From contig JAKPFN010000014.1 in NCBI GenBank assembly GCA_029551395.1, positions 319-64,318 of the forward strand: a stretch of DNA of 64,000 nt. Direction: 5' to 3'. Shown in pieces: positions 33,367 to 43,550 of this stretch (its first letter is position 1; each line of letters opens with the position of its first letter). Source of the stretch: Armatimonadota bacterium (GTDB lineage Bacteria > Armatimonadota > UBA5829 > DTLH01). Made by a program: the position numbers and the translations under genes. The notes under the pieces were generated by a model. It saw only the letters and a program-made list of their open reading frames with translations. It did not search any database and was not told where the DNA came from.

Positions 33367-36177
33367 TTACTCTACTACATTTACCTTGATGCTTACCGGC
33401 TCGCTCACGCGCAGGCCATCGATTACATACAGCCTGTACCTAACCTCTCCCGGCTTGCCAGGAGCCTTGATAGTGCAGGTGGAATCCGTAGATAGATCAG
33501 GCTTCAGCCATCCTGCCTGCTCTCCCCATCTGTAGGTAAGAGGCTGGCCTTCCGGATCGTAGCTCTTTGACCCATCAAGCGTGAACTCCTCGTTGCACTT
33601 CACTGTCAGTTCCTGCGGGGTTACAACAGCAACCGGCTTCAGATTGGTCTTCCTGATCGATTCAGGAATCTCAGGCCTTACAACCCGCGTTATACCGTTT
33701 GATGGTTGCAAGCTGGTCCTTATGTGGTAGACTCCCCTGTTCTTGTTGCCTTTAAAGAATTGCTCATTGAACTCCGTAAGAGACATCCAGTAGAACTCAG
33801 TCTGATTACCGCTCACAATCTTAATGAGCAACAGCCCTTCCACGGTCCAGACATTGGGGGTGAACGCAGTGTCCGTCTTCACCCGGCCAAACGGGTTCCA
33901 GACGCTGATTGAACCATCTACCTCGTCCGTATCAGGATCATCCCATGACCGATCCGTTTCATTTGGGAACCGCCAGCGGCCGTCTTTATCCGTATTGCCG
34001 ACGAACTTCGGCCTGTCCGGGAAATACTTAGTGCCCGCATCCTGGAGGGATGTGTTAATAACGTGATACACATATACCGCAGCACCGGAAAGAGGTTGAT
34101 CGTTGATGTCATAAATCTTCAACCAGTTCTCGAACGCAGGAATCAACCTGCCCTGAATTCCCCAAAACCTGTTGCCTCTGTAACCGGCAAAGTACTGAAT
34201 CTCTCCAGCATGTGCCGGATGCAGCCACATATGGCAGTGATTCATAAGCGAATCATAACTCACGCCACATGGCACGCCGTTAGCTGATGAGAGCGGCACG
34301 ATGTTGTCTCTATCTCGAATGAGCGGCATCAGTTCGCTGCCTGCATACGGTTTACCATTCTCATCCTTCAAGAGCACCGACCAGTAGTTCACCGGATAAC
34401 CGTAAAGGTCCGGCAGAGCCACACAGGTATGCCCGAACTCATGCAGGATTGCCGCATCTATCGCCATCAGGTCGATAGGCTCTCTGACAGGGAATCCTCC
34501 ATCATAGTAAGGACCTTCTTTTTCCCAAGGCTCATCTTCCCACCTGGTATCTCCAAGCTTCAGTGCATATGTTTTATCGTTCCGCAGTGTTTCCCGCACC
34601 CCATCAGGGCTTGTGGTAGGCAATACGGTCTGCCGCAGCAGTGCCTCGAACCTGTAGAGCTGACCATTGATCCAGTCATACTCGCTGAACGATCCTACAT
34701 GATTGATCTTCCGATTGTTGTAGAAATCCTCGAGTTGCGCCGGATCGTAACCCATGTGAAGCGCGCGGGCTATGTTCATCTCACAGCGCTCGTTGTTAGC
34801 TTCGCAAATCTCTGCAATCTTGTTTGCCGGGTCTACGGTCACGCGAACCCATATAGGATCATCAGACCATGTCCAGTCAAACTCTACAGATTCCTCTTCC
34901 CTGGGCTTCAACGCTTTGGAGATGACCTTGCGCTGGGTAGCGATGGGTGTTTCGCTTCTGTCCAGCCTTAAATTGTTGTTGGAGTCTGGAATCAGCTCAA
35001 AAACAACCTCAACTCCCGCCGGAGCAGTCTTGTAACCAAAGTTGATAATCCGCGCAACGAACCTGACCTTCTCACCAGGAGATGGTCTGTCCTTGTCATC
35101 GCCGTCCTTGTACTTAGGGAATCTCTCCACATACACCAGATCCAGGTCCGGCTGCTCGATTGGAATAACCTCAAGCTGATAGGTTGCCTTCATCCCTCTG
35201 AACTCGGCTGTTAAGGTGCATTTCCCGAGAGATTTACCTGTCACCCGTCCATTGGCATTCACGGTAGCAATCTTCGGGTCGGATGTAGTCCATTTGATAA
35301 ACGGCTTTGCATCGAATTCTGACCATTGGCCGTAACGAACGGCAAAATCGGTGACTCTGGTCATCACCCCGTTCATCTCAGCCATCAGACCATACTGCTT
35401 CTCGCATCCAATGACCACACGTGGATCCATTGGGCCATACATCGGTCTCAAGTCTATTGCAACCCTGGTATAAGGCGCAGAGCGGAAGAAATCCCGATAT
35501 ACCGTGGCAATCTGCCCATGAGGACCTTCAGTATCGAACCTGTCCCGCATGATCAGCTCATCGATCACACAGTCTGACGTAGCATCTCCGATAATTACCC
35601 GCTTATCTGCCATCTTGTCTGGATTCATGAACTCGCTTCCGCCAAAGATTGGACCAGCAACAGCCCATTTGTCTATCCAGAGCGGCAGTCCGAGCGGCTT
35701 ACCTCTTACTGACATCCATGCTATTGCAACATGGTGCCACTGTCCGGCTTTCCAGTTAGAGACATCAGCACGAGCAGCAGTAACTTTCGTCGGGCTAGCC
35801 ATCACATAGCGCAGCATGCCTTTGTCCGACTTCTCAACCAAAAGACCATTCGTAGCCGGGTCACCGATTGTAAGTATTCGGTGAGTCTTTCCATCATTTC
35901 CATTCCAGTTCGGCTTGATCCAGAACGTTATAAGCCCGTTGTCCTGCTTGAGAAGCGGATTTTCGATGGCTGCAGACCTACTGAGTACAACTCCTTTGCC
36001 TGCTGTGCCTGGAGCTTCAGGAAGTCCGGCAACAGGCTTCGCTGTGCGGACACTCTTCGGCACGGTTGAATCGGTAAACCAGGCTACAACCGCCTCAGTC
36101 GTGTCCTGCGCAGTCGCGAGAGATGGCGCAAGAAGCACTGCAGATACCAGTACTATAGACAACACTAATTTCAACAA
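33367..36177 (-). CDS. Large secreted multidomain zinc metalloprotease-like protein, paralog 2
   Basis: 936 aa. Same architecture as 29779..32595 at roughly 50-55% identity by eye. Signal peptide, 'FWIKPNWNGNDG', and the zincin motif 'ILHEFGHTCVALPDLYGYP'. Confidence 0.6.
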   Translation of the reverse strand: MLKLVLSIVLVSAVLLAPSLATAQDTTEAVVAWFTDSTVPKSVRTAKPVAGLPEAPGTAGKGVVLSRSAAIENPLLKQDNGLITFWIKPNWNGNDGKTHRILTIGDPATNGLLVEKSDKGMLRYVMASPTKVTAARADVSNWKAGQWHHVAIAWMSVRGKPLGLPLWIDKWAVAGPIFGGSEFMNPDKMADKRVIIGDATSDCVIDELIMRDRFDTEGPHGQIATVYRDFFRSAPYTRVAIDLRPMYGPMDPRVVIGCEKQYGLMAEMNGVMTRVTDFAVRYGQWSEFDAKPFIKWTTSDPKIATVNANGRVTGKSLGKCTLTAEFRGMKATYQLEVIPIEQPDLDLVYVERFPKYKDGDDKDRPSPGEKVRFVARIINFGYKTAPAGVEVVFELIPDSNNNLRLDRSETPIATQRKVISKALKPREEESVEFDWTWSDDPIWVRVTVDPANKIAEICEANNERCEMNIARALHMGYDPAQLEDFYNNRKINHVGSFSEYDWINGQLYRFEALLRQTVLPTTSPDGVRETLRNDKTYALKLGDTRWEDEPWEKEGPYYDGGFPVREPIDLMAIDAAILHEFGHTCVALPDLYGYPVNYWSVLLKDENGKPYAGSELMPLIRDRDNIVPLSSANGVPCGVSYDSLMNHCHMWLHPAHAGEIQYFAGYRGNRFWGIQGRLIPAFENWLKIYDINDQPLSGAAVYVYHVINTSLQDAGTKYFPDRPKFVGNTDKDGRWRFPNETDRSWDDPDTDEVDGSISVWNPFGRVKTDTAFTPNVWTVEGLLLIKIVSGNQTEFYWMSLTEFNEQFFKGNKNRGVYHIRTSLQPSNGITRVVRPEIPESIRKTNLKPVAVVTPQELTVKCNEEFTLDGSKSYDPEGQPLTYRWGEQAGWLKPDLSTDSTCTIKAPGKPGEVRYRLYVIDGLRVSEPVSIKVNVVE

Positions 36178-36191
36178 CGCACAACTCCTTC

Positions 36192-37211
36192 TTATTGTTC
36201 TATTTCAACACCCTTGCCAGTCTCAGCAGACTTGTAGAGTGCATCAAGTATCTGCATGATGTGCAGGCCATGCTCTCCCGTAGAAATGCATTCAGTCTCA
36301 CCTTTTATGCACGAAATAAAGTGCTTGATCTCCATTTCATGCCCGGAGAGGTTCGGGAACTGCGGCTGAATGTCAACGGATGTGCCGCGAACATCCTTGT
36401 AAATCCTCAGTGGATCGAACTCAGCTCCGCCTTCGGTTCCCATAAGCTGCGTATAGATTTTCTCTTTGTCAATATGAGACTCCCAGCTTGCTTCCAGCAT
36501 CACAGTCGCGCCATTTTCCAGCTTAACAAAACCTGCAGCAAGGTCTTCTACATCATAAATGCGGCCCGGTTCGTTGGCTCGCTTGGCTCTGAGCATCGAA
36601 TATGTCGATCCCATTACATAAACCGGCTTCGGATTGCCCATTAACCACAATGCAAGGTCCAGCACGTGTACACCAAGATCAATCAATGGACCTCCACCTG
36701 CAAGTTTCTTGTTGGTAAACCAGCCGCTCAGGAATTTGCAGCAAGACCTTCTGACCCATCCTGTCTTGGCATAGTAGATCTCTCCAAGATCCCCATTCTG
36801 AATGAACTCCTTCAGAAGCTGAGAATCGCCTCTGAAACGGTTGTTGAAGCCCATCATGAACAGCTTGCCGGACTTCTTTCCTGCCTCTACCATCCGAGCG
36901 CCTTCCACCGCGTTCATGGCAAGTGGTTTCTCACATAAAACGTGTTTTCCTGCTTCAAACGCTGCCACTGCTATTTCCGCGTGGGTTGAATTTGGGGTGG
37001 AAACAATGACTGCATCGATCTCATCCATTTTCATGAGATCTTTGTAATCAGTAATAACATGGGGCACGGAAAAGTCGTTGGCCAATCTATTCGCGCGTTC
37101 TTCGTTGATGTCGCATATCGCGGTTATCTCTGCATCAGATACTTTTGCCAAACCTCGTGCATGCACCGTTCCTATGCCGGCGCCAATAATCCCGACTTTG
37201 ACCTTCTTCAT
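36192..37211 (-). CDS. Gfo/Idh/MocA-family NAD(P)-dependent oxidoreductase
   Basis: 339 aa. N-terminal 'VGIIGAGIGTVHARG' Rossmann fold and the 'EKPLA' motif. 14 bp upstream of protease paralog 2. Confidence 0.85.
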   Translation of the reverse strand: MKKVKVGIIGAGIGTVHARGLAKVSDAEITAICDINEERANRLANDFSVPHVITDYKDLMKMDEIDAVIVSTPNSTHAEIAVAAFEAGKHVLCEKPLAMNAVEGARMVEAGKKSGKLFMMGFNNRFRGDSQLLKEFIQNGDLGEIYYAKTGWVRRSCCKFLSGWFTNKKLAGGGPLIDLGVHVLDLALWLMGNPKPVYVMGSTYSMLRAKRANEPGRIYDVEDLAAGFVKLENGATVMLEASWESHIDKEKIYTQLMGTEGGAEFDPLRIYKDVRGTSVDIQPQFPNLSGHEMEIKHFISCIKGETECISTGEHGLHIMQILDALYKSAETGKGVEIEQ

Positions 37212-37457
37212 TTCGACTCCTAAACCTATTGAATTGTTTTGGTAAGGAAGAATACTTCCTATCGTACCTTACGACATCCAGGTACATTCGTCCTGCTTAA
37301 GAGATAAAATTTGTAATTTATTGTTTGCTGATTACTGATCAGTGTAGAGGTTAAGACCACTTCGCAGTCAGATGTAAGAGAATACGAGGCTGCTGCTTAA
37401 CCGGGAAGTACACTTCTACTTCACCTGAAACATGATATGGCAGCAGTTAAACATCGA

Positions 37458-37501
37458 GCAATGAAGTACAGCAATGATAAGCCTTACTGCACTTCATTGC
37501 T
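37458..37501. terminator. 11-bp-stem hairpin just downstream of apt
   Basis: agcaatgaagt...(22-nt loop)...acttcattgct. It begins 15 bp after the apt stop. Confidence 0.35.
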
Positions 37502-37515
37502 TATATAATCAGATA

Positions 37516-38040
37516 TTAATACGACACCAGGGTATCTGTAAAATAGCCTTTTAACCTGTCCCGGCCATTCAAGAAGGTAAGCTCTACCAGGAACACTACT
37601 CCTGCCACTTCACCGCCCAGTTCCTCAACCAATTGGACAGAAGCAGACGCTGTACCTCCGGTAGCCAGCAGGTCATCCACAATAACCACCTTCTGACCGG
37701 GTCGGATTGCGTCTTTGTGGATTTCTACAACATTGGTTCCATACTCCAGCGCGTATTCAGCCTTAATCGTCTCGGCAGGCAGTTTTCCGATTTTACGGAC
37801 TGGCACGAATCCTACACCAAGTTCAAGTGAAATCGGCGCTCCAAGGACGAATCCCCTGGACTCGATACCTACTACAACATCCGGTTTGAGAGCACGAACC
37901 TTATCAGCCATAGCACAAACTACTTCTTTGAATGCTTTGGCATCCTGCAATACCGGTGTTATATCCCGGAAGAGAATACCGTCCGTTGGGAAGTCCGGTA
38001 TATCGCGGATAAGCTCCTTAAGGGTCTGTTCCTGTATCAC
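37516..38040 (-). CDS. apt: Adenine phosphoribosyltransferase
   Basis: 174 aa with the PRPP-binding motif 'VVIVDDLLATGGT'. Confidence 0.9.
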   Translation of the reverse strand: MIQEQTLKELIRDIPDFPTDGILFRDITPVLQDAKAFKEVVCAMADKVRALKPDVVVGIESRGFVLGAPISLELGVGFVPVRKIGKLPAETIKAEYALEYGTNVVEIHKDAIRPGQKVVIVDDLLATGGTASASVQLVEELGGEVAGVVFLVELTFLNGRDRLKGYFTDTLVSY

Positions 38041-38117
38041 TTTTACCTCCGGAAATCAGTGTGTGGCGCAGTATAACGGGAAAAGGCATTATAATCCAGC
38101 TTTCGGACTTCAGTACC

Positions 38118-39182
38118 TCATCCCTCGCCTTTTAGTAACTTCAACGTCTTCTCAAACGTTGGGCGGACAACACCTTTCTCGGTTATTATAGCAGAGATGT
38201 ACTCGGCGGGCGTGACATCAAACGATGGATTCATCACCGGTACGCCTTCTGGAGCTATTCTATGCCCGTCAACGTGCGTCATCTCTTCAGACGACCGTTC
38301 TTCTATAGGAATTTCTTCACCTGAAGCAATCTGGAAGTCAACAGTAGACATCGGCGCAGCAACATAAAACGGCACGCCATGAGCCTTTGCCGCCAGCGCA
38401 ACCGAGTAAGTGCCGATCTTGTTAGCAGTATCGCCGTTAGCGGTTATTCTATCTGCTCCGACCACGCATGCATCGATCATCCCTTTTCGCATCAGCGACG
38501 CGGCCATGTTATCAGCGATGATCGTCACATCTATCCCATCCTGAGCAAGCTCCCAGGCCGTCAACTTCATCCCCTGTAGTCTGGGACGAGTCTCATCTGC
38601 AAAAACCCGAATACGTTTTCCGCTTTCGACAGCCGCCCGGATGACACCCAGCGCCGTTCCATACCCAACACAAGCAAGTCCGCCCGCATTGCAGTGAGTG
38701 AGCACCGTATCACCATCTTTTAGTAGCTCGGCGCCGTTTCTGCCAAGCCTTCGGCAGGTATCCTCATCTTCCTGTACCATCGATCTTGCCAGTTCGTTAA
38801 GCTCTTCCTTGATCTGCTCGATAGGCTTACCATCTGCCTGCCTTGCTGCTGCCAGTATCCTGTCAACACCCCAGAACAGGTTGACCGCAGTTGGCCTGGT
38901 GGCACGGATCTCTGAAGCTACCTGCTCCAGCTTGCTCATAAATTCCTGATGGTCCGCTGTTTCTATCTCCTGCGCGCCAAGTGCAACCCCGATAGCTGCC
39001 GTAACACCCAATGCAGGCGCTCCTCGGACTTTCATCGTTTTGATGGCATCGGCTACTTCGCGATAATCGAACAATTCGATTGTCACAAGCTGATGAGGCA
39101 GCCTGTTCTGGTCTATTAGGACGACTTTACCATCTAAGTAGTCTACGGTGCGTATCATTCTGTTACAGCCTTGCATGTTCAA
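38118..39182 (-). CDS. mtnA: S-methyl-5-thioribose-1-phosphate isomerase (eIF-2B alpha/beta/delta family)
   Basis: 354 aa. 'RGAPALGVTAAIGVALG' and a C-terminal 'GADRITANGDTANKIGTY'. Confidence 0.85.
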   Translation of the reverse strand: MNMQGCNRMIRTVDYLDGKVVLIDQNRLPHQLVTIELFDYREVADAIKTMKVRGAPALGVTAAIGVALGAQEIETADHQEFMSKLEQVASEIRATRPTAVNLFWGVDRILAAARQADGKPIEQIKEELNELARSMVQEDEDTCRRLGRNGAELLKDGDTVLTHCNAGGLACVGYGTALGVIRAAVESGKRIRVFADETRPRLQGMKLTAWELAQDGIDVTIIADNMAASLMRKGMIDACVVGADRITANGDTANKIGTYSVALAAKAHGVPFYVAAPMSTVDFQIASGEEIPIEERSSEEMTHVDGHRIAPEGVPVMNPSFDVTPAEYISAIITEKGVVRPTFEKTLKLLKGEG

Positions 39183-39963
39183 GTGCAGTTGCGCACTTGC
39201 AGTCCCTGACAGGAGACATCCGCTTGATCATCTCAAGTATCACATCCCTCACGCGCTCGTTGTTTGCGTGGAAAACTTCCATAACCTCGGCTGCGCTTAC
39301 CGGCTCTACTCCTTCTTCAGCAACAAGGCCGGTGTCGTAATCGGTGACCAATGCGATGTTTACGTAGCAAAGCTCCTGTTCCAGCGCCAGTATAGCTTCT
39401 GGATACTGGGTCATACTGATTACTTCCCAGCCCATGCTTGTAAACCATCGGCTCTCAGCTTTGGTAGAAAACCTCGGCCCCTGGATAACCACATTAGTTC
39501 CCCGCTCATGCCCGGATATGCCTTGCTCTTTGATGATTGTGTTTGCCAGTTTGCGAAGTTCGGGGCAATATGGATCAGCCGAAGATATATGAACGGCTGT
39601 AGGACCATCATAAAAAGTATCCTTGCGGCCGCTGGTCCTGTCTACAAACTGGTCGCAGACAACAAAATCTCCGGGTTTTATGTGCGGTTGAAGGCTTCCT
39701 ACAGCACTTGGCCCGATAATCCGCGTCACTCCAAGCGATTTCATTGCCCAAACATTGGCCCTGTAGGGGATTGTATGCGGCGGCCACTGATGCTGCCTGC
39801 CATGACGGGGCAGAAATGCCACATTTTTACCTTCGTATGTGCCAATGGTGATGACATCACTTGGCGGCCCGTAAGGTGTGTCTACCTTGATCTCTACGGC
39901 GTTCTCAAGAAGCGAATAGAATCCTGATCCTCCAAATACTCCTATCTCTGCACTCGTGCTCAT
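39163..39963 (-). CDS. mtnP: S-methyl-5'-thioadenosine phosphorylase
   Basis: 266 aa. 'IGVFGGSGFY' and 'FLPRHG' PNP/MTAP motifs. Overlaps mtnA by 20 bp. Confidence 0.9.
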   Translation of the reverse strand: MSTSAEIGVFGGSGFYSLLENAVEIKVDTPYGPPSDVITIGTYEGKNVAFLPRHGRQHQWPPHTIPYRANVWAMKSLGVTRIIGPSAVGSLQPHIKPGDFVVCDQFVDRTSGRKDTFYDGPTAVHISSADPYCPELRKLANTIIKEQGISGHERGTNVVIQGPRFSTKAESRWFTSMGWEVISMTQYPEAILALEQELCYVNIALVTDYDTGLVAEEGVEPVSAAEVMEVFHANNERVRDVILEMIKRMSPVRDCKCATALEHARL

Positions 39964-40027
39964 TGTTTATGCATCTCCCAGGAAGGTGCAGGATACAAAA
40001 AAGCAACTGCGCCTCCCTTCCCCTTTA

Positions 40028-40750
40028 TTATTCTTTAGCGTGCTCCGATTGAAGCTGTGTTCTGCATTTTTCCAGTGCTTCCAGGGCAGCAGCCTGTTCT
40101 GCCTGCTTTTTGCTCTTTCCGGTTCCAACACCCAGCACGTCTCCGTCCAGTCTGGCCTCAACCAGGAAGGTCTTATCGTGGTCAGCGCCCTGCTCTTTTA
40201 TGACAACATAGCGCGGGGCCTTTTTGAACCTGCCTTGTGTCAACTCCTGCAGCAGTGATTTATAATCCCTTATGTGTTCCTGACGCTCGATATCTATCAG
40301 TATCGACTCCAACGCCCGAAGACAGAACTCCTTGGCATTGTCCAGACCTGAATCAAGATACACTACTGCTACGATAGCCTCGAAAGTATCAGCCAGAATC
40401 GAAAGCCGGTCTCTGCCTCCCGATGCCTCTTCTCCAGCGCTCATCAAAATCATCTTGTCAAGCCCAAGATGCTTCGACGCATCTGCAAGCACCGGTTCAC
40501 TGACCGCTACAGCTTTAGCCTTGGCAAGTTCGCCTTCCGTGCGGTCTTCATACGTCCTGTAAAGGTATTCGCAGACTACCAGACCAAGCACTGCGTCTCC
40601 AAGAAACTCAAGCCGCTCATTGCTGCGAGTACCGTTAGATTCACCTAGAAATGACCTATGGGTCAATGCCTGCTCGAGCAGGTTGAGATTACCAATATTT
40701 ATCTGCAGCTTCTTTGCCCATGCCCGAAGCCGCCTTTTATCGATTGCCAT
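40028..40750 (-). CDS. rnc: Ribonuclease III
   Basis: Track ORF runs to 40840. The start is reassigned to Met31 (40750), giving the canonical spacing to 'LEQALTHRSF'. 'ERLEFLGDAVLGLVV' is the RNase III signature, and there is a C-terminal dsRBD. Confidence 0.85.
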   Translation of the reverse strand: MAIDKRRLRAWAKKLQINIGNLNLLEQALTHRSFLGESNGTRSNERLEFLGDAVLGLVVCEYLYRTYEDRTEGELAKAKAVAVSEPVLADASKHLGLDKMILMSAGEEASGGRDRLSILADTFEAIVAVVYLDSGLDNAKEFCLRALESILIDIERQEHIRDYKSLLQELTQGRFKKAPRYVVIKEQGADHDKTFLVEARLDGDVLGVGTGKSKKQAEQAAALEALEKCRTQLQSEHAKE

Positions 40751-40894
40751 GAGTGAGTGGAGAAAGTCGAGTGAGTCGAGAAAGTCGAAGAGAATGCCAA
40801 TTGCTGATTGTTGATTGCCAGGTAAACCCGCAACCATCAAACGGCAATCTGCCTTCCCTCGGCCCTCTCGACTCCCCCCTCTCGCTCTGCCTCC

Positions 40895-42088
40895 TTACTT
40901 TAGTTTATTAATCGCCTCCGCCATCCGGTCGAGGCCGTTGGTAATTGCTGACATGCTTGTTGCATAAGACAAACGGATATAGTCCGGTGCGCCAAATCCG
41001 CTGCCTGGAACTACGGCAACATTCGCTTCATCTAGCAGGAATTCAGCAAACGTATCCGAACTGTCGATTGCCCTGCCACCGTAAGACATGCCGAAAAGTT
41101 TGCTCACATTAGGAAATACGTAAAAAGCTCCACCAGGCATCGCACAGGACACTCCAGGGATGCCGTTCAACCGTTCCACAATGACTTTTCGCCGATTATC
41201 GAACTCGGCTATCATCTTCAAAACATCATCCTGTGGCCCTGTCAGCGCTTCAACTCCGCCTTTTTGCGCGAAAGACACAGGATTGGATGTGCTGTGGTCC
41301 TGGATTCTAGTCATCGCTGCAGCAATCTCCGGTTCGGCTGCCGCATAGCCTAACCGCCACCCTGTCATAGAATAACTCTTGGAAAATCCGTTGATGGTGA
41401 CTGTCAGCTTCTTGATTTCCGGCCCCAGAGAAGCTATGGACACATGTTTCTGTCCATCGTAGATTATTTTCTCGTAGATTTCGTCCGAAAGAACGTAGAT
41501 TTGCTTGTTGACAGCAAGTTCTGCTATCTCCTCAAGCTGCTTTCGGCTATAGATACCGCCGGTAGGGTTGCTTGGACTGTTTAAAACAAGCAGTTTGGTC
41601 TTCGGAGTAATTGCCTCGGCAATCATATCTGCTGTTGCCACAAACCCGGTGGATTCATCTGTCTTTACAAATACAGACGACGCTCCAGCGAGCTTTGCTT
41701 GTTCAGGATAACTCACCCAGTAGGGTGATGGTATTATAACCTCGTCCCCAGGATTTACAAGCGCCAGAACAGCGTTATACAGCGAATGTTTGGCCCCGTT
41801 GGATACTACGATTTGAGATTTCTCGTATTCCAGCCCGTTATCTTGGGCAAATTTGCTGACTATAGCCTCTTTAAGAGCATCTATGCCAGAAGTAGCAGTA
41901 TATCTAGTGAAACCTGCTTCGATGGATTTTATCGCAGCTGCTTTGATGTTGGCAGGGGTATCAAAATCCGGCTCACCCGCACCAAACGAGATCACGTCAA
42001 TGCCTTCAGCCTTCATTTTGGCAGCCTTAGCTGTTATTGCCAGAGTTGGTGAGGGGCTTACATTCTTTGCTCGTTCTGAAATTGCCAT
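40895..42088 (-). CDS. PLP-dependent class I/II aminotransferase (aspartate aminotransferase-like)
   Basis: 397 aa. 'NSPSNPTG' and the 'SKSYSMTGWRLGY' PLP-lysine block. Confidence 0.85.
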   Translation of the reverse strand: MAISERAKNVSPSPTLAITAKAAKMKAEGIDVISFGAGEPDFDTPANIKAAAIKSIEAGFTRYTATSGIDALKEAIVSKFAQDNGLEYEKSQIVVSNGAKHSLYNAVLALVNPGDEVIIPSPYWVSYPEQAKLAGASSVFVKTDESTGFVATADMIAEAITPKTKLLVLNSPSNPTGGIYSRKQLEEIAELAVNKQIYVLSDEIYEKIIYDGQKHVSIASLGPEIKKLTVTINGFSKSYSMTGWRLGYAAAEPEIAAAMTRIQDHSTSNPVSFAQKGGVEALTGPQDDVLKMIAEFDNRRKVIVERLNGIPGVSCAMPGGAFYVFPNVSKLFGMSYGGRAIDSSDTFAEFLLDEANVAVVPGSGFGAPDYIRLSYATSMSAITNGLDRMAEAINKLK

Positions 42089-42202
42089 ACTACTCTCCAG
42101 TGGAAAGGTGAAGCTCTACATAAAAAGTGTCAGGCCGACAGGCCATACGCCCTTTACTAAAGTGCGGAGCCGCATTGCAACTCCGCACCACACAATTCTT
42201 TA

Positions 42203-43447
42203 CTACGCTTTCTTGAGCACAATCGTCGCGTTGTGGCCTCCGAAACCAAAGGAGTTGGAGATTGCTATCTCCAGGTCGGCTTTTCGGGCGACGTTAGGCA
42301 CATAATCAAGATCACAATTGGGATCAGGGAACTCATAATTGATGGTCGGTGGGATAATACCTTCCTCAAGCGCTTTCACGCAGGCGATTGCCTCTATTGC
42401 CCCAGCAGCCCCAAGCAGATGACCGGTCATAGACTTTGTGGAACTGACCGGTACCTTATAAGCATAATCACCGAAGACAGCTTTTATTGCCATTGTCTCC
42501 AGCTTATCGTTAAGCTCTGTGGATGTGCCGTGTGCGTTGATATAGCTGACATCTTCAGGTTTGATGCCTGCGCTGTCCAATGCGGCCTTTATACATCTGG
42601 CTGCGCCGTTTCCTGTTGGGTCCGGGGCAGTCATATGATAAGCATCACCGCTCATTCCATAACCAATGATCTCCGCATGTATCTTCGCGCCGCGAGCTTT
42701 TGCGTGCTCCATTTCCTCAAGAACCAGTATGCCTGCGCCTTCGCCTATTACAAATCCGTCTCTTTGCTCATCAAACGGCCGACTGGCTTTTTCAGGTTCA
42801 TCGTTGCGTGTAGAAAACGCTTGGGCATTACAGAAACCTGCGCAGGAAAGCGGACAAATCGCCGCCTCTGCACCACCAGCAATCATAGCATCGGCATCAC
42901 CACGAACAATTACCTCGTAAGCATCACCAATAGCGTTCGTTCCTGTTGTACAAGCAGTTACCACTGTTGTATTAGGCCCTTTGGCTCCAAACATTATGGA
43001 AATCTGGCCTGAACCCATATTGGCAATCAGCATCGGCACGAAGAACGGGCTAACGCGACCGGGGCCTTTTTCAAGCAGCGTCTTATGCTGTGTTTCCCAC
43101 GTATGCACACCACCAATACCGGAACCAACCAACACTCCCACTCTGGCAGCATTCTCCGGGGTTACCTGCAGACCGCTCGATTCCATCGCCATCTTGGCTG
43201 CCGCAACAGCATACTGAACGAATGGGTCCATCCTCCGGGCTTCTCTTGGATCGATATAGTTGCTGATATCGAATCCCTTCAACTCCGCGGCTATCTTCGA
43301 CGCATGATTCGATGCATCAAAACGGGTAATCAATCCAACGCCGCCCTTACCCGCTACAAGCGATGCCCAGAACTCCTCTACACTGTTTCCGACAGGCGTC
43401 AGTGCGCCCATCCCGGTTATAACAACCCTTCTTTCTAGCATTATCAC
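42203..43447 (-). CDS. fabF: Beta-ketoacyl-ACP synthase II
   Basis: 414 aa with the active-site Cys in '[10 protein letters not shown]' and the His-His dyad in 'INAHGTST' / 'GHLLGAAG'. Confidence 0.9.
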   Translation of the reverse strand: MIMLERRVVITGMGALTPVGNSVEEFWASLVAGKGGVGLITRFDASNHASKIAAELKGFDISNYIDPREARRMDPFVQYAVAAAKMAMESSGLQVTPENAARVGVLVGSGIGGVHTWETQHKTLLEKGPGRVSPFFVPMLIANMGSGQISIMFGAKGPNTTVVTACTTGTNAIGDAYEVIVRGDADAMIAGGAEAAICPLSCAGFCNAQAFSTRNDEPEKASRPFDEQRDGFVIGEGAGILVLEEMEHAKARGAKIHAEIIGYGMSGDAYHMTAPDPTGNGAARCIKAALDSAGIKPEDVSYINAHGTSTELNDKLETMAIKAVFGDYAYKVPVSSTKSMTGHLLGAAGAIEAIACVKALEEGIIPPTINYEFPDPNCDLDYVPNVARKADLEIAISNSFGFGGHNATIVLKKA

Positions 43448-43550
43448 CTCAGAACTAGACTACTGATGATAAGGAACAGGCAACAGTACGATGTAGTCTC
43501 ATATTTGAACTTCCGCCTGTTACCTGTCTCTTAATTGCCGCTATCTGCTG

